A DNA stretch of 64,000 bases, from the NCBI GenBank assembly GCA_002269645.1, contig NIVC01001149.1:1-64000 (forward strand), given 5' to 3'. The stretch is from Macrostomum lignano (Eukaryota). Made by a program: the position numbers and the translations under genes. A model generated the notes under the pieces. That model worked only from the letters and a program-made list of their open reading frames with translations. It made no database searches and was not told the origin of the DNA. Below, piece after piece: positions 50,052 to 61,017 of this stretch (position 1 is its first letter; every line of letters starts with the position of its first letter).

Positions 50052-53000
50052 CTGAAATGCAACAGACGCTCAATATGGTTTCATACTTTGACAGCACAAA
50101 ACTATTTATGTATGAGCACCTTGACAATTGACGACAAACTACTTTGTCGCCCATGGCTCCTTTCGGGTTTCTAAAAGTATTTTAATTGATATACGAATAA
50201 ATTCAATTTCACTGTCGAGTGACAAAATATGTGTAAGAAGTTTGCATTATAAATAGAAATGTTGACTCACACATCTGTTTCATCATCAATTGGTTCCTCG
50301 TCATAGGCATGTTCCGTGACAACTTTTTGCCTGAAATTGTAAAAAAAAGATTTGTACTCGTAGTTTCTCAGTTGTATGCTCTGCTGCTGTGTGTGCTGTA
50401 GCTGTGTGCTGTAGCTGTGTGTGTGCTGTAGCTGTGTGTGCTGTAGCTGTGTGCTGTAGCTGTGTGTGTGCTGTAGCTGTGTGTGCTGTAGCTGTGTGCT
50501 GTAGCTGTTTGCTGTAGCTGTGTGCGCTGTAGCTGTCTGCTGTAGCTGTGTGTGTGCTGTAGCTGTGTGTGCTGTAGCTGTGTGCTGTAGCTGTTTGCTG
50601 TAGCTGTGTGTGCTGTAGCTGTTTGCTGTAGCTGTGTGTGTGCTGTAGCTGTGTGCGCTGTAGCTGTCTGCTGTAGCTGTGTGTGTGCTGTAGCTGTGTG
50701 TGCTGTAGCTGTGTGCTGTAGCTGTTTGCTGTAGCTGTGTGCGCTGTAGCTGTCTGCTGTAGCTGTGTGCTGTAGCTGTGTGCTGTAGCTGTGTGTGCTG
50801 TAGCTGTGTGTGCTGTAGCTGTGTGCTGTAGCTGTGTGCTGTAGCTGTGTGTGCTGTAGCTGTGTGCTGTAGCTGTGTGCTGTAGCTGTGTGCTGTAGCT
50901 GTGTGCTGTAGCTGTGTGTGTGCTGTAGCTTTGTGCAGTAGCTGTGTGCTGTAGCTGTGTGTGCTGTAGCTGTGTGCTGTAGCTGTGTGTGCTGTAGCTG
51001 TGTGTGCTGTAGCTGTGTGTGCTGTAGCTGTGTGCTGTAGCTGTGTGTGCTGTAGCTGTGTGTGCTGTAGCTGTGTGCTGTAGCTGTGTGTGCTGTAGCT
51101 GTGTGCTGTAGCTGTGTGTACCAAAAAAACTCACGGCAGTTCCAGAAGCTCGTTAAAGTAAATCTTGCCGTCGTACCTAAATAGGCAGTGCGGAGTCTGA
51201 AGTCAGATGAATTTAGGTGAGAGCCCATGCTCTGTGCTTAATTCTGCTTTAAATAACAAATGTTTAGATTGACTACAAGATAAAGTCCATAATATTTTCT
51301 GTAATATTACAGAAAATCACAAAAAAACTCAACTGCCACAGCAAAACGCAATTGCTGGTGTCTCACAGCTCGCAGGCTGCTGAACATTAATATTCAACTG
51401 GCAATCTGCAGTCAAACTGCACTGCAAACTCCCTCAATGCAGCTTAGTCAGTGTCTGCTGCCCACTCAGAGAAACTGCAGTCAGCTGCTCACTATTCAAT
51501 CATAAATTACAGCATAATGTTTACTAAAGTCAGAGAGACATTCTCAGTCGCCATGGAAACTCACCCACGCAGCAGCTCAGCCAGTTTGCATTTTCCGTAC
51601 TTTGTGGCGAAATCCAGCGCAGTCCTGCCCTTAATGTCCTTCAGGCTCCAATCCGCCCCCGAGTCCAGCAGAACCCGACCGACTGCGGCGGCGGCGGCGG
51701 GGGGCGGCCAGCCGGCTGCCCGCACAAGGGGCGTGAATTCACAGCAATCACTGGCATTGGCGGAGGCTCCGGCAGCCAGCAGAGCGGAGGCTGCGGCAGA
51801 ATTGCCAGCGTAGGCTGCATGGTGGAGGCAATTGTTAGCCCAAATATCCGCACAGGTGGGGTCACCCAGCAGCACTAGCTGCTCCCAGTGAGTCTCATTA
51901 TCGCTCGAGCTGCTGAAAGATACCCTCATCAACGCGGTGCGACCCCATTTGTCAGGCAGGTCGCATCTGCCGCGGATTGCCGCTCGCCGCAGCCCTGCCG
52001 AGTCGCCCGCCTTGACCAGCCGCTGCAGTTCCTGTCGATCCGCCTCCTCCTGCAAAGGCGAGCGGGAAATTTGAGCACAGCTGCTCAGCTGCAGCCGCAT
52101 CGGCACCGCAGATGTCACTTACCTGAGCTGTCAGGCCGGAGATCCTGCCACGTGCATCCACAATTAGCCGCATCTCCCTGCAACAGCAATAATGAGCAGT
52201 AAATTTGTAATTGGCGATTGTTGAACTACGATCGTCATTATATAATTTAAGGCTGTACCTTACAATTTTTGTCATAAATAAAGTAAACAGTCAAAATTCC
52301 AAATTATCTGAGCTGCTCACAGATGGAGTTTCCAAGAGGACTGCAGCAGCTCTGCAACAATCAGCATCGGCGAGAGCGCATCCGACTTCTCACACGCAGC
52401 TCATTTTCCATTTCTGCAGCATGAGTTTCCTTCCATCTCATAATGTCTTACAAAGCATTCACACACAGCCTCCCAGTTCTCCATCTGCAGCTCAACCCAC
52501 ACACTCTCACTGCACACCGAGGCCCTACAGCTTCCATTCTCGACTGAGATCAACCGGCACCCCATTGGCTGGGAAGCAGGCAGCCAATCACAGCTCTCGC
52601 TTATCAAGCAGCAAACTGCTCACTCACCGCTTGATGTAGCTGGCCAGCTCTGAGTGGCCGCTGAGCCTCGCCAGTGCGGACGCCGTCCAATCTTCGAGAT
52701 CTTTCAGTCCGAGCAGCCGCGACCTCTTCAAGTTTCCGTGCTGTCTGCATTCATTGAACCTCTTCTGCCTGAGCAGGTGCAGCAGGTGCTTGGCGCATTT
52801 CCAGCTTCCAGTCCGCGCCGCCTCCATCAGCGGAGTGGCGCCGTTGTCGTTCCGCAGCCACTTCGCATCGAACGACAGCAGCGTCAGCAGCCGCAGGTGG
52901 TCTCGCCGGGCTGCCAGGTGCGCAGCCGTGTCGCCGTTCGCGTCAGCCGCCCTGGGGTTCGCGCCCAGCTCAAATAAGTACAAGATGCACTTTTCAGTGT

Positions 53001-53411
53001 GCACGGGAGTCTCCGGAGCGTCGGCCACCAGCATGAGGACGGTTCGACGAGCTGCATCAGCGCTGGTGACCAGCTGGCGCGTTGCCAGCCGCCGGATCTG
53101 TCCGAATTCACCTCGGATGACGTCGTGAGCGAGAGTCTGGAGATCGGCTGGTGAGTCTCCGACGCTTGTCCGGTTGCTGGGGTCCGGCTGAGTGAGTTCC
53201 TGCAACTGCAATTGAGACACCCAAGCTGCACATTCAAACATGTAAGTGAGTTCCTGCAACTGCAATTGAGACACCCAAGCTGCACATTCAAACATGTGAG
53301 TGAGTTCCTGCAAATGCAATCGAAGCCTACAATAAGTCATATGTTTCAATTTGCTTAACTAACTTTACTCACCTTTTCGTCAGGAAATGGTGTTGGCCTT
53401 CTCTCTGCCAT
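49050..53411 (-). CDS. Ankyrin-repeat-caspase fusion protein, 694 aa, 9 exons
   Basis: Exons 53411-53373, 53199-52628, 52177-52123, 52049-51565, 51176-51135, 50330-50271, 50170-50120, 50051-49697, 49475-49050. All introns are GT-AG, phases are consistent, and the total is 2085 nt with no internal stop. ANK motifs: GDTAAHLAA, GATPLMEAA, NNCLHHAA, GRTALDFA. Caspase motifs: GYCLIIN, RKGSDRD, FLMAHG, KPKVFFIQACRG, DFLLCYATTPG..FRN. Confidence 0.88.
50385..51118. repeat. 11-13 bp satellite (intron 5 of ANK-caspase)
   Basis: Unit TGCTGTAGCTG(TG); an inverted copy lies at 55425-55820. Confidence 0.95.
51565..52049 (-). CDS. Ankyrin repeat block 2 (exon 4 of ANK-caspase)
   Basis: DKWGRTALM, DIWANNCLHHAAYAG, DCCEFTPLVRAA, LLDSGADWSLKDIKGRTALDFA. 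Confidence 0.9.
52628..53199 (-). CDS. Ankyrin repeat block 1 (exon 2 of ANK-caspase)
   Basis: DAARRTVLMLV, LFELGANPRAADANGDTAAHLAARRDH, NDNGATPLMEAARTG, DLEDWTASALARLSGH. Confidence 0.9.
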
Positions 53412-53766
53412 GGCTGCAAGCTCAATCTTAGGTGTCTCAGCTCAGCCCGAGAGTCCGGCAGGGCAGCGGCCGCCTCTGCAGCAGATTTTATTGGCCCTGG
53501 AGCAGCTGCAGTGAATTCCTTCTCACCCTGCCTGCTCAGATTGCGGCTGCTTTTGCTGGCTTGTGCGGCCGCCTCTGCTCAGGTTTCTGCCTCTTCCATT
53601 GGCTCTGAGGGAACAGCAGAACTGCTGCAATATCTGCGTATGGCTACTTAAAGCAGTGTGTGACTGTGGATTTTCCATCAGTTTAAAAAGAGTGAATAGG
53701 AATAATAGCGTTATTTGTGAACAAACTCAGTGTTATCGATCGTGAGCTTCTAGCTAAAATATACTT

Positions 53767-54291
53767 TGTTGCGCTGATGCTAGATCAGTGCTAATATAAA
53801 CAGCTTGGGCATACTAAGCTCCGGGTTGCAGTAGATGAGCTTGTCTCGCTGAACGCATTCTGCTGAGGAAGGCCCCTGTTTCACCGGACACACTTGGCCA
53901 GCATCTGTTGAGAGGCGCCACGACGGTAGACAGGTTGGGTCAGCATGTGTCAGCCGTACTGTGTCAGCATGTCAAAGAATGAGCGCGGCTGACTGACTGT
54001 TCTATATGCTCTTATTTAACTGTTGCATATACGACGCACGCTAATTTTAATCAGTTAATTTGTGTTATGCATTACAGTGCTTATGTCTTATGTGCTTGAC
54101 TTGAGTGCTCTTAATAAGCCCCGACTAAAAGAGAAAGAAAGAACAAGTCGCGGCTGCAGAATAAAATATAAAGTACGCTGGTAACTCGCTTCAATTAAAC
54201 ATCACGGACTTCGACTTTAACTTACCTCGTTGATCTAGAAGAGTCTATCGAGACTGGAATTATTGTCTTACAAGAAGCAGAAGACATAACA
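53767..54291 (+). mobile_element. 5' LTR of a Ty3/Gypsy element
   Basis: TGTT...AACA ends, AATAAA at 54160, followed by the PBS-like TGGCGAC at 54293. Confidence 0.75.
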
Positions 54292-55385
54292 ATGGCGACA
54301 AGTAGAAAAATTGAAGAGTTTGACGTGGCTAAACCGGATCAATGAAAGCCTACGAAGAGCGACTAGAGCAATTTATCGTCGTGAATGAAGTGACCGAGGC
54401 ACAAAAACGAACGAGCTTGATCACAGTGATAGGCAATGACTGTTATCAATTACTACGCAACCTGCTATCGCCTAAGAAGCCAAAGGATGTGGCGTACGAC
54501 GAACAAGTGAAGACGCTGAGGGAACACTTCAACCCGAAGCCTAAGATGTTTGTCGAGCGGTACAACTCCCACAGCAGAGTCCAACACAAAGGAGAAACAG
54601 TGAGTGACTTTGTTGCAAGTCTGCGGAGGTTGGAGGCCACGTGTGGTTTTGACAAGTTCCTGGAGGAGGCATGAGAGACAGGTTCGTCGTTGGCCTCAGG
54701 AACAGGCTCATCCAGCACCGATTGGTACAAGAAGAGACACTGACCCTGTCGGGTGCACTAACGCTAGCGACTGCGATGGAAGCAGCAGAGTGAGGAGTCG
54801 TGAGTCGAGTACTCACCTCGACCACAGGAGACGGTTATAGGGTCAATTTCTTGAAAGAAACTAACAAGCAATCAACTGCAGCGAACATTGGAAAAGCAGC
54901 CGCGCCCAAGATAGATGTTTCCGCTGTAACGCGAAGGATCATTGGGCAAGGAGCTGTCCGAGTGCGGCCGAGTAGGACACCTTAGAGATGCATGCCGTAC
55001 AAAGGACAAGGCAAAAGAGTCTGGAAGTGGCAGGTCAAAGTGATTCAACTCTTCAAAACGTGGGAAGTCCGGTAAGGTGCATTACGCACGGAATTTCGAC
55101 AGTAAGTCAGAAAGTGAGGGTTCGGACTGCAGTGGTCGAGACGAGCATTCCGAGATCAGGACTGTTTGCTACAGGAATGGCTGGCTTTAGTGGTTCAGCA
55201 CCGTATATGTGCGAGTTAAATATAAATGGGCATTTTGTAAACTCCCAACTTTGACAAGACCCTTATTAGCAAAAATACTGGCAAGAAAATTGGCCTAAGC
55301 TGGTCTAAATCTAATGTTAGACTGTCAAGCTACACAGATCATCTCATACCAGTTCTGGGCGAAACTGCTGCTACCTTAACTAACT
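54292..55385 (+). pseudogene. Ty3/Gypsy (Mag-like) gag and truncated protease, degenerate
   Basis: YEERLEQFIVVN..LITVIGNDCYQLLRNL..LREHFNPKP..ERY..RVQHKGETVSDFVASLRRLEATCGF..RDRFVVGL. Two CCHC knuckles (CFRCNAKDHWARSC; CGRVGHLRDAC). Protease start LNINGH..LSSYTDHLIPVLGE lacks the DTG motif. Stops, frameshifts, and truncation at a satellite. Confidence 0.88.
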
Positions 55386-55424
55386 AGCACACACAACTGC
55401 AGAACATACAATTAGATCACACAC

Positions 55425-55820
55425 AGCTACAGCACACAGCTACAGCACACAGCTACAGCACACAGCTACAGCACACAGCTACAGCACACACAGCTACAGC
55501 ACACACAGCTACAGCACAAAGCTACAGCACACACACAGCTACAGCAAACAGCTACAGCACACAGCTACAGCACACAGCTACAGCACACAGCTACAGCACA
55601 CAGCTACAGCACACAGCTACAGCACACAGCTACAGCACACAGCTACAGCACACAGCTACAGCACACAGCTACAGCACACAGCTACAGCACACACAGCTAC
55701 AGCACACACAGCTACAGCACAAAGCTACAGCACACACACAGCTACAGCAAACAGCTACAGCACACAGCTACAGCACACAGCTACAGCACACAGCTACAGC
55801 ACACACAGCTACAGCACACA
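55425..55820. repeat. 11-13 bp satellite, reverse complement of 50385-51118
   Basis: Unit CAGCTACAGCA(CA). Confidence 0.95.
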
Positions 55821-56524
55821 TCAACAGCACACAGGTTACAAAGGCTCGTAGAATGATTACAGCAGCTGATGGCAAATAGCAAAAAGCTTGAGTACCGTTT
55901 GGCATTTGAGCAGCTTCACTGCTTGAAGGTGGAAAGAGATTAAAACAGTGACAGGAAGAGAAAACAGAGGCGGTAACGACTGCGGTGCAGATAAACAAGT
56001 TTAAAAATGAGAAAAGTTCATTAGTGCATCTGTCACTCAGCGCAGGGGCATTGAAGCAGTCCCAGCCTGTGTGTGCAGCATATTCATAAACAGTTCTGGG
56101 ATAAATAGTGTGAGAATCAAGAGAACTCGAGACACGAAAGTTGCATAAATTTGGTCTGAAATTTGAGCGGGCTGTAAATGTTTTAAAACAATTCCAAATT
56201 GTATTCAGATTTGCCAGAAATTTTCACTGTGCAAGAAATCCTCAGTAATTGATTACAAGGCCTTGAAAATATTTCAACACGGTCTCTGAATGCGACATTT
56301 TAGAGATGGGAATTAGTTCTAAGTAAAATCAGCCAGTCACAGAAAGTTTAATAAAACTTCACCGTGTTATATAACTGCCTAAAGTACAAAACACCAAAAT
56401 AAAAGTGCATGCGCTGGTATCAAAACACTCGTTAAAATGGAAGAATCGAAACGCAAACTGAAGCATGCATATCATTATATGTAGGGATGAAATTAGGGAA
56501 GATTCAAAAAACAAGAATTGTAAG

Positions 56525-56737
56525 CTAGACTGCCATCGTCTGTGCGGATCGTCTCTCCCTGCGGTCTCTGGCGGTGCATCGGCTGTAGAAATACCTCAGC
56601 TCCGCGGGCACGCCATCCGGCAGGGCCGTGGCGCCCCTCCTGTCAAGATGCTGGAACAGCTCACATTAGCTTCTGGCATTGGCGATTCCGAGCAGCTCTG
56701 GCGCCATGATGTTCAGAGTGCCTTTTAGTGTCCTTGG
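56525..56737 (-). pseudogene. Protein kinase fragment (subdomains VIII and X-XI)
   Basis: Minus-strand translation PRTLKGTLNIMAPELLG, then a stop, then ELFQHLDRRGATALPDGVPAELRYFYSRCTARDRRERRSAQTM. Subdomain IX is missing. Confidence 0.65.
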
Positions 56738-57030
56738 GAGTTGCTGAGATGCCAATTAGCTCAATGGGAAGTTGCTGAGATGCCAATTAGCTCAATGGGA
56801 AGTTGCTGAGATGCCATGGCTCAATGGGGAGTCGCTGAGATTCCATGGCTCAATGGGGAGTCGCTGAGATGCCATGGCTCAATGGGGAGTCGCTGAGATT
56901 CCATGGCTCAATGGGGAGTCGCTGAGATGCCATGGCTCAATGGAGAGTCGCTGAGATTCCATGGCTCAATGGGGAGTCGCTGAGATGCCATGGCTCAATG
57001 GGGAGTCGCTGAGATGCCATGGCTCAGTAA
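56735..57030. repeat. 29 bp minisatellite (31185 family)
   Basis: Unit GGGGAGTCGCTGAGATGCCATGGCTCAAT. Confidence 0.93.
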
Positions 57031-57919
57031 GGAGTTACTATAAGGATTCAATTTTATATGCATGTAGGCTTTAGGGACTATCGTAGGAACTATTAGGAAT
57101 AGGACTTAGGATTTAGGAAATTAGGGAATTGCATTGTTATCAGAGCGTGGTGGAGTGTAGCAGTTGTGGACAGCTGCACTCTTACAAAAAGCCACAAGGG
57201 CTTGATGACGGCATTGCAAAGGGCGATTGCAGGCCGCCCTAAAAGTCTGCTTCCACTTTAGAGGGGTTGTATGCCTTTATGTGGGGAGGGGTTCAATTAC
57301 ATTTTTTAACAGAGGCATTTCAGAAATCGCACGAGAAAGGGGAACCGTGAGAATCGGCCGGAATTGCGCGGTGGCTGGAAGACGTGGGAAATGATAACGC
57401 AGACAGTTTCACAGGGACTTCATCGGGGAAATTTACTATAAATAAGCGAGGGGTTAAATGTCTAAAACTTTACCTTTTCTCACTCTCTTTTCACTCTCTT
57501 TTTACACGCCTTGTATTAACTCTTGGATTGCTTAAAATAGTTTGTAAATCACGACGACCGCTTCTGCAGACACCTGTGACCGGAGGGTAAGACTGAGCAC
57601 TGCCATGACTATAGATTTATGAATAGTAGCGTATCGGTCTCAGACCAAGTAGATAGGCGTAATTTATTTATATATATATAATAATAGATGAATAGGAGTA
57701 TTTGAGTAGCTAAATTATACCGTAGTGTCTCAGACTTATTCTCCCTGCTTGTAGCTCGCTTATTTGCTTATTTACTTATTTATATAAACATTAAAAATGC
57801 AGTAGTAAATATAATTTTACGGTTGATCATTAAATAACATCCAAGCATATTCTACCTCGTTTGAGTTTCTATTAATCATACGTAAGGTTCTTAGTTTGCG
57901 GCCAACTAGGAAACTTATA

Positions 57920-58550
57920 GTTACTGAGATGCCATGGATAAATGGGGGGAGTTGCTGAGATGCCATGGCTCAATGGGGGGAGTTGCTGAGATGCCATGGC
58001 TCAATTGGGGGAGTTGCTGAGATGCCATGGCTCAATGGGGGGAGTTGCTGAGATGCCATGGCTCAATGGGGGCAGTTGCTGAGATGCCATGGCTCAATGG
58101 GGGCAGTTGCTGAGATGCCATGGCTCAATGGGGGCAGTTGCTGAGATGCCATGGCTCAATAGGGAGTTGCTGAGATGCCATGGCTCAATAGGGAGTTGCT
58201 GAGATGCCATGGCTCAATGGGGGGAGTTGCTGAGATGCCATGGCTCAATGGGGGGAGTTGCTGAGATGCCATGGCTCAATGGGGGCAGTTGCTGAGATGC
58301 CATGGCTCAATGGGGGCAGTTGCTGAGATGCCATGGCTCAATGGGGGCAGTTGCTGAGATGCCATGGCTCAATGGGGGCAGTTGCTGAGATGCCATGGCT
58401 CAATAGGGAGTTGCTGAGATGCCATGGCTCAATGGGGGCAGTTGCTGAGATGCCATGGCTCAATAGGGAGTTGCTGAGATGCCATGGCTCAATAGGGAGT
58501 TGCTGAGATGCCATGCCTCAATAGGGAGTGTCTGAGATGCCATGGCTCAA
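57920..58550. repeat. ~30 bp minisatellite (31185 family)
   Basis: Unit GGGGGCAGTTGCTGAGATGCCATGGCTCAAT. Confidence 0.95.
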
Positions 58551-58589
58551 TAGGAAGGTCTGAGGTCAGACAGCTCAGAAACCAAATTA

Positions 58590-58920
58590 GGACTAGCGAT
58601 GCTCAGACTATGAAAAAGATCGGATGCTCAGAAATGACACTGGCACTGTCTCTAAAGCACTGTTTTAAGAGCTATGGGAGAGCTGACAGTATGCGGAGCC
58701 TCGCTTTAAATGCAGGATTTCTATAGCTGGCAATGGATGCAGCTGATGGGTTTTATCCCAGGCCAATCCAGCTGTGACGGGCCTTCTGCTCATCTGTCAG
58801 CAAATGAGTCTCAGCTCGATCTGGCTCTGGCAGGCAGCGAAGCGAAGCAGCTCTGCTAAAGTCAATCCAATCAGTTTTCCCGAGCTAGATTCTGCCTGCA
58901 GCCTCGCGTCCATTGTAAAA
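58590..58920 (+). repeat. Dispersed repeat, second copy at ~33285-33655
   Basis: Shared GATGCTCAGACTATGAAA, ACTGGCACTGT, TTTTATCC, AATCCAGCTGTGACGG and AAGCGAAGCAGCTCT, in the same order. Confidence 0.8.
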
Positions 58921-60216
58921 ATATTTTTAGTCAGTTGCTTCATTTGAATCTGTTTGAGAATAGAATTTCTCATGCGGTACTCTCACAACTCCTGGGGTTC
59001 TTTCAGCACTTGCACCGTTCCTGAAGTGCTCTGGACGCGCCACCAGCAGATCGGCTGGTTTTCGCGGGATGGGCGGCGACGCCTCCCCGCTGCTGCATCC
59101 GGGTGCCCGGAACCACCGGCAGTTGATGAGTTGTTCTCTCGCTTCTGAGCACACGTAGCTTTGCTGTCGCAATTATCGGATTACTAGAATGCAAGTATGT
59201 ACTGAAAGCCTTCGAGACTCAACGGTGCTTTCGAATTCAATACTGTAGAATGCTTGGCTTGCTCTCAAAGGCCTTCGGATAAGTTGTCTCAAGACCGTCT
59301 GATATAGTTATACGTTGCGCCTGGCGTTCTCCATTGGTTCGTAGCACCTCAACAAGATTTGATGCACCCATTTCTCTAGCTCAGATCTCGGCGCGCTGCC
59401 GAGCTGCATCCAGATCGATTCCGTTCAAGTGAGCACTTTTCTGCATCCTGGCTGCAAAGACAGCTTCTCAAACAACATCAGCATACAGATAACTGATCAA
59501 AGCCCTTGTGGCGATTTTGCGCCCGAGGCTATAATGAATATATTTGAAATCCATCATCTTAGCAAAAAAGAGCTCAATCCGGAAAACACCAGACGCTGTG
59601 TCGGAACACAGGTTTCTATGCGCACAGGGCAGCCTTTTGAAACAAACTGGCAGAACAAGCACACAAACAAAAAACTCTCAACAAAAACACAGTAAAGTCA
59701 ATTGGTCATGCGGTCTGGGTCCGTTAGATGATGCGCTGCAGTGCAAGCGAGCAGACAAAGTCCGTCTCGCCAGCAATCTCACCGCAGGCAGTCAGCGTAT
59801 CGAGTTTGCACGTTACAGGTTCCCGCCTAAATGAAGTCTGAAAGACGATCAGATTAGAAGATAATCAGGACATCCTCTAGAGACTGGGGGACAGTAGCTC
59901 TCGGCCCAGATTACGAGTCTGACTTTTTCTACAAAAATAAGTAAAATACAGAGAGTAGAACAAAAATAAGGTATAATGAGCGACAACACTTACTAAAAAT
60001 TGCACTGGGTACATTTCAGAAACAACTGTGTGGCATACAGTTCAGACTCTGTTCATTAAATAAGTTGAAGAGTAAAAAGGAGAATCAGGGCTTCCGTTGA
60101 AACTCGTAGGTTATTAAGTTCACTTATACAAAATCGCCACAATAATTGTCATCAAGTTAAACCAATAAACACAAGCCATAGCATATTATTAACTCTTTTC
60201 TCCACTTCATTCGCAC

Positions 60217-61017
60217 TCAGCGGCGGACAAAGAAGTCGCCGCTGCTGGCGCTGCTGAGCGCGACCGGGACTGCAGCGAACTCCAGCAGGTGGCACAGGCG
60301 CTGCTGCTGGCTGAAGATCACCGCCTGGCAACCGGAGCGGCACCGGTACAGGCACTCGGGCAGCCCGGCACACTGCAATGTTCTGAAGGCGGGCGCATCC
60401 GGGACGCTCAGCTCAACGAAGGTCCGGTTGCCGGGGACGAACACGTTCCGGTCTGCAGATGTAGAATGGGGCCAGTTGCATTAATGCCAAGCCTTTCTAC
60501 ATCATAGAAAGCAAGCCTCTCTACGGCTCGTAAAGAGCAATTTGTACTTTAACCTACTTGTGCAAGCGGCTTCCGCACTGCCCGTGTAGCTCAGCCGGAG
60601 CACCCAGTTTTGGTAGCCGCCTCCGCAGTTCTGGCTCAGATTTCCACTGCAAGCATGGGTGCAGTCCGAGTCTGAAGCAGCGCCCTGCGACCCGTACGAG
60701 TTGCCGCAGAAGCACCAGTATCCGGCCTGCAGAGCAGCGAACTCAAAACTGCCCAGAGCGCAGACGCTGCCGCACAGCTCGTGAGTCATCATCCAGTAGC
60801 TGCCGACATATGCGCCACCGCCATCGTTTATCGACATCAAACTGGAGCTGCCAATTTGTGTGAGGCCGAGGTGCTTCATGTCACCGACGTCTCTCGCGCC
60901 ATTCGCGCCGTCAACGAAGCAGCCGAGGTCCGAGATCTGGAACTGACGGCAGAGAGCGGCGCAGATCAGGCAGCTCAGGATCTGAGCGCAGAAGCAGATC
61001 CTGTACAGAGCCGGCAT
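60217..61017 (-). CDS. Secreted WSC-domain + PAN/Apple-like protein, 231 aa, 2 exons
   Basis: Exons 61017-60558 and 60452-60217 (phase 1). Signal-like MPALYRICFCAQILSCLICAALC. WSC: LGCFVD..MTHELCGSVC..FAALQAGYWCFCGN..CTHACSGNLSQNCGG. C-terminal ECLYRCRSGCQAVIFSQQQRLCHLL is PAN/Apple-like. Confidence 0.85.
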
